From Phyllobates terribilis (taxonomy: Eukaryota), in contig NW_027362770.1 of NCBI RefSeq assembly GCF_046119375.1, positions 79,298,001 through 79,362,000 on the forward strand: a stretch of DNA of 64,000 nucleotides, written 5' to 3'. Under the pieces are notes generated by a model. The model saw only the letters and a list, made by a program, of their open reading frames with translations. It had not been told where the DNA came from and did not search any database. Below are positions 61,102-64,000 of the stretch, piece after piece. Within the stretch, counting starts at the first letter, position 1. Every line of letters starts with the position of its first letter. Made by a program: the position numbers and the translations under genes.

Positions 61102-62128
61102 TGTAACGGGTCTGGGAGGTGGAACCTCTGAGCTACTATATAAAGGGGCAGTCCTTGTAAGGAAGCGGGTGGCTCCCAGGGAAAGCGGGCAGGCAGTCAC
61201 ATCAAGTGACAGGGACAGTCTCTGGGTAGAAGGGCAGGAGGTCACGGCGAGTGACGGGGACAGTCTCTTGACAGGCGGGTGGTCACGGCTAGTGACAGCA
61301 GGATAAGAGTCTCTAGACAGGCGGGTGGTCACGGCAAGTGACAGCAGGGTAAGAGTCTCTCGACAGGCAGGTGGTCACGGCAAGTGACAGCAGGATAAGA
61401 GTCTCTGGACAGGCAGGTGGTCACGGCAAGTGACAGCAGGGTAAGAGTCTCTGGACAGGCAGGTGGTCACAGCAAGTGACGGCTAAGCCTCCAGGTAGGC
61501 TAGCAGGCGGGTAGCAGGTGAGCGCTCCCAGGTGAGCGGGCAAGAGTCTCTGGACAGGCTGGCAGGCAGGCAGGTATCAGGCAGGTATCTGGCAGGTGCT
61601 TCCTGGTTCGCGGGCGGACTGATCCATAGACAGACTGGCAGGTGCTGGTAGGCAGACTGTCGGACCGCAGGATTGCAAGCAGGTAGACAGGTATCAGGCA
61701 GGTATCAGGCAGGTGCTTCCTTGTCCGCAGGCGGACTGATCTATAGACAGACTGGCAGATGCTGGTAGGCAGACTGTCGGACCGCAGGATTGCAAGCAGG
61801 TAGACAGCACTGGAAAACAAGCTGGCAACGGGACCTGAGCGCTGAAGCAGAGTTGAAAGGCTTTGCAACAACATTCCTCGGGCACCTCCATTTTGGAGGA
61901 GGTGCCTTATATATGGTGAGATCCTCCGGCCATTGGCCGGGGACTCCTTAGGACGGCGCGCGCGCCCCTTCAAGAGAGAGGGAGCGCGCGTGCGCGCGCG
62001 CCCTAAGCACAGTGACCGGGAAGCAGCGCGCGCTGCCAGCAGAGCGGGAGGAGGACGCCGGGCACGGAGCGGAGAGGTGAGGGGAACGGCGTCCTTGCCT
62101 AGCAGGAGGCAGGGACGCCGACGCTACA
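61102..62128 (-). mobile_element. Solo LTR, 1027 bp, with internal tandem repeats (orientation inferred)
   Basis: TGTAAC...GCTACA termini; CCCCC on both sides (61097-61101, 62129-62133); minus-strand TATATAAG near 61906-61913; 46-bp and ~118-bp internal repeats. Confidence 0.8.
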
Positions 62129-62468
62129 CCCCCCTTAATACCCATTCCTAAGATAGGTAATAAATGTCTGATCAGCATGTGATGGTCCACTGGGAACTGA
62201 ACTAGTCATGAGAAGTGGGGTTCACCAAGTCCTCTGTTTGAATGGAGGGATCAAATCGTATGCAACCATCACTCTGTTTACTATCTATGAGACTGCTGGA
62301 AATAGTCGAGCATTGTGGGCAGTTATATTTGAACGTCTCATAGACTTTGAACAGAGAAGTTGTCACTCTTGTGCACTACCCCTACATTAACATATGAAAC
62401 GTAAGGACTTCTATTTTTTATGTTAAGTGGGGTACCTATGGTTTCACCTTCACCAATCAGACATTTAA

Positions 62469-63305
62469 CCATTTTACCCTGAGCCTGTTTTCACCTTCCT
62501 TCAAGGCCAGTTTTTTCAATTCTGACCAGTGTCAATTTATGAGGTAATCCCACTAATTCTGAGAAGGTTTTTCTGTTACATATTGTACTTCATGCTAGTG
62601 GTAACATTTCTTCGATATGGCTTACTTTTATTTGTGAAAAAATTGGAAATTTGGTGAAAATATTTTACAATTTTTTAATTTTAGTTTTTATGCCCTTAAT
62701 AAATAACATTTCCCACATGTCTACTTTACATCAGCACAATTTTTAAGACATAATTTTTTTGTTAGGGAGCTATAAGGGTTAAAAGTTGACCAGCGATTTC
62801 TCATTTTTCCAACACAATTTACAAAACCATTTTTTAAGGACCACACCACATTTGAAGGGAATTTAAGGGGTCTATGTGACAGAAAATACCCAAAAGTGAC
62901 ACCAGTCCAAAAAACTGCACACCTCAAGATGCTCAAAACCACATTTGAGAAGTTTATTAACCCTTCAAGTGCTACACAGGAATTAATGGAATTTGGAAGG
63001 AAAAAAATAACATTTAACTTCTTTCACAAAAATTTTATTTTAGCCCCAATATTTTTTATTTTCACAAGGGTAACAGGAGAAAAAGGACCCCAAAATTTGT
63101 TGTGCAGTTTCTCCTGAGCACGCCGATAACCAATATGTGGAGGAAAACTACTATTTGGGTGCACGGCCTATAGAGCTGACACCAGCACTCGATCGTGGCG
63201 GCGCTCAGCGTGACCCCACGCAATCGAGAAGAAGTATATGTACGGTGGTTTGCGGGAACCCAGGTCACGCAGTGTCGCACATATACACTGCATGTCGGGA
63301 AGGGG
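62469..63305. mobile_element. piggyBac-type non-autonomous element
   Basis: TTAA at 62465-62468 and 63306-63309; interior is an inverted relative of 31000-31500 and 34560-34790. Confidence 0.7.
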
Positions 63306-63309
63306 TTAA

Positions 63310-63718
63310 AGGGTTTCTGTCAGTGGGTTTTTGGTTTGTACTCTGACAGTATAAGGACAGAGACCCTGATTCCAGCGATGTTGTTTCACTGGGAGCAGCA
63401 GTTATGATAGAGTCACAATTTCTCTGTTGTAGATCTAGCAGACTTTAGTTCTTGAGAGGTGTATAACCCAGCCCACACCACAGCTTTCTGTGTACATTAT
63501 ATAGTGATAGAAAGCTGCTATTAAGTGCTGGTGGTGTGGTTGGATTCAAGGGACAAAGGCCAGTTGTCCTGTAGTGGTAATCTTCTGCTGATAAAACACT
63601 GATTGTATTGAAAAAGCAAAACACAGTCCAGTAAGTGGTTATCACTGTAAACCTGCTCTTTTCTGCTACATCATGGTGCTCTCAAATGACATAGCAAAAA
63701 CCTGAGGAATGATTGCCT
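63310..63718. mobile_element. T2/Kolobok-type MITE sharing a TTAA with the preceding element
   Basis: TTAA-AGG...CCT-TTAA termini (63306-63309, 63719-63722). Confidence 0.6.
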
Positions 63719-64000
63719 TTAAGATTTGATGCACAGTTGCCCGGAATTAAATAAAACATGTTTATGTTAAATCACACAATGCAGAACTTTAACTCAGTCA
63801 TTTGTAAAAGCTGCTTCTTTGTCTAGTTATCACTGGTATATACCAATTACCTACTATGTTTAGTGTTGATGAAAAGAAGCTGCTTTCAGTGCATTCCTAG
63901 TGCATTTTGTATTACTGTATATAGCTTATATTACATCAGAAATCATTCTGTCACTGGTGTACAAGAACATCCGGGCAGTCTGTCTCAGCTATGAAGCATG

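Larger units (their letters stand above)
54655..62134 (-). mobile_element. Full-span L1 (LINE-1), inactivated, with a solo LTR inserted at its 5' tip
   Basis: 15-bp TSD TTAATATCCATTCCT (54640-54654) vs TTAATACCCATTCCT (62135-62149); AATAAA and A-rich tail at the 3' end; ORF1, ORF2 and a G-run 5' start. Confidence 0.9.

Noticed and set aside
62355-62400. Candidate plus-strand exon (KLSLLCTTPTLTYET, donor GTAAGG)
   Set aside because: Weak polypyrimidine tract and no recognisable protein; expected by chance in 64 kb.

Overview
Eukaryotic DNA that is almost entirely nested transposable elements. The TTAA/TWA MITE families and an amphibian-like 18S fragment suggest an anuran amphibian (inference). 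Three large hAT DNA transposons all encode on the minus strand: hAT-1 (<1-8185, decayed), hAT-3 (17165-28951, intact 1232-aa transposase, perfect 8-bp TSD, 24 x 110-bp internal array, 3' arm packed with an 18S rDNA piece and L1/Tc1/LTR fragments) and hAT-2 (34935-48883, decayed). Nested or adjacent elements are: a near full-length Gypsy element (36460-44253; ~1-kb LTRs, tRNA-Ser PBS, -1 frameshift signal); two Gmr1-type Gypsy remnants with integrase before RT (4252-7409, 31516-34554); five solo LTRs; a full-span L1 (54655-62134, 15-bp TSD) with a solo LTR in its first bases; several Tc1 copies, including a DD37E/TRT type; and many MITEs. No host gene is securely identifiable; one strong micro-exon-like signal lies at 16030-16042. 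The most interesting unexplained signals are a conserved second tRNA-Ser-complementary site with a covarying hairpin inside all five LTRs of one Gypsy family, and the cargo-carrying, array-bearing intact hAT.
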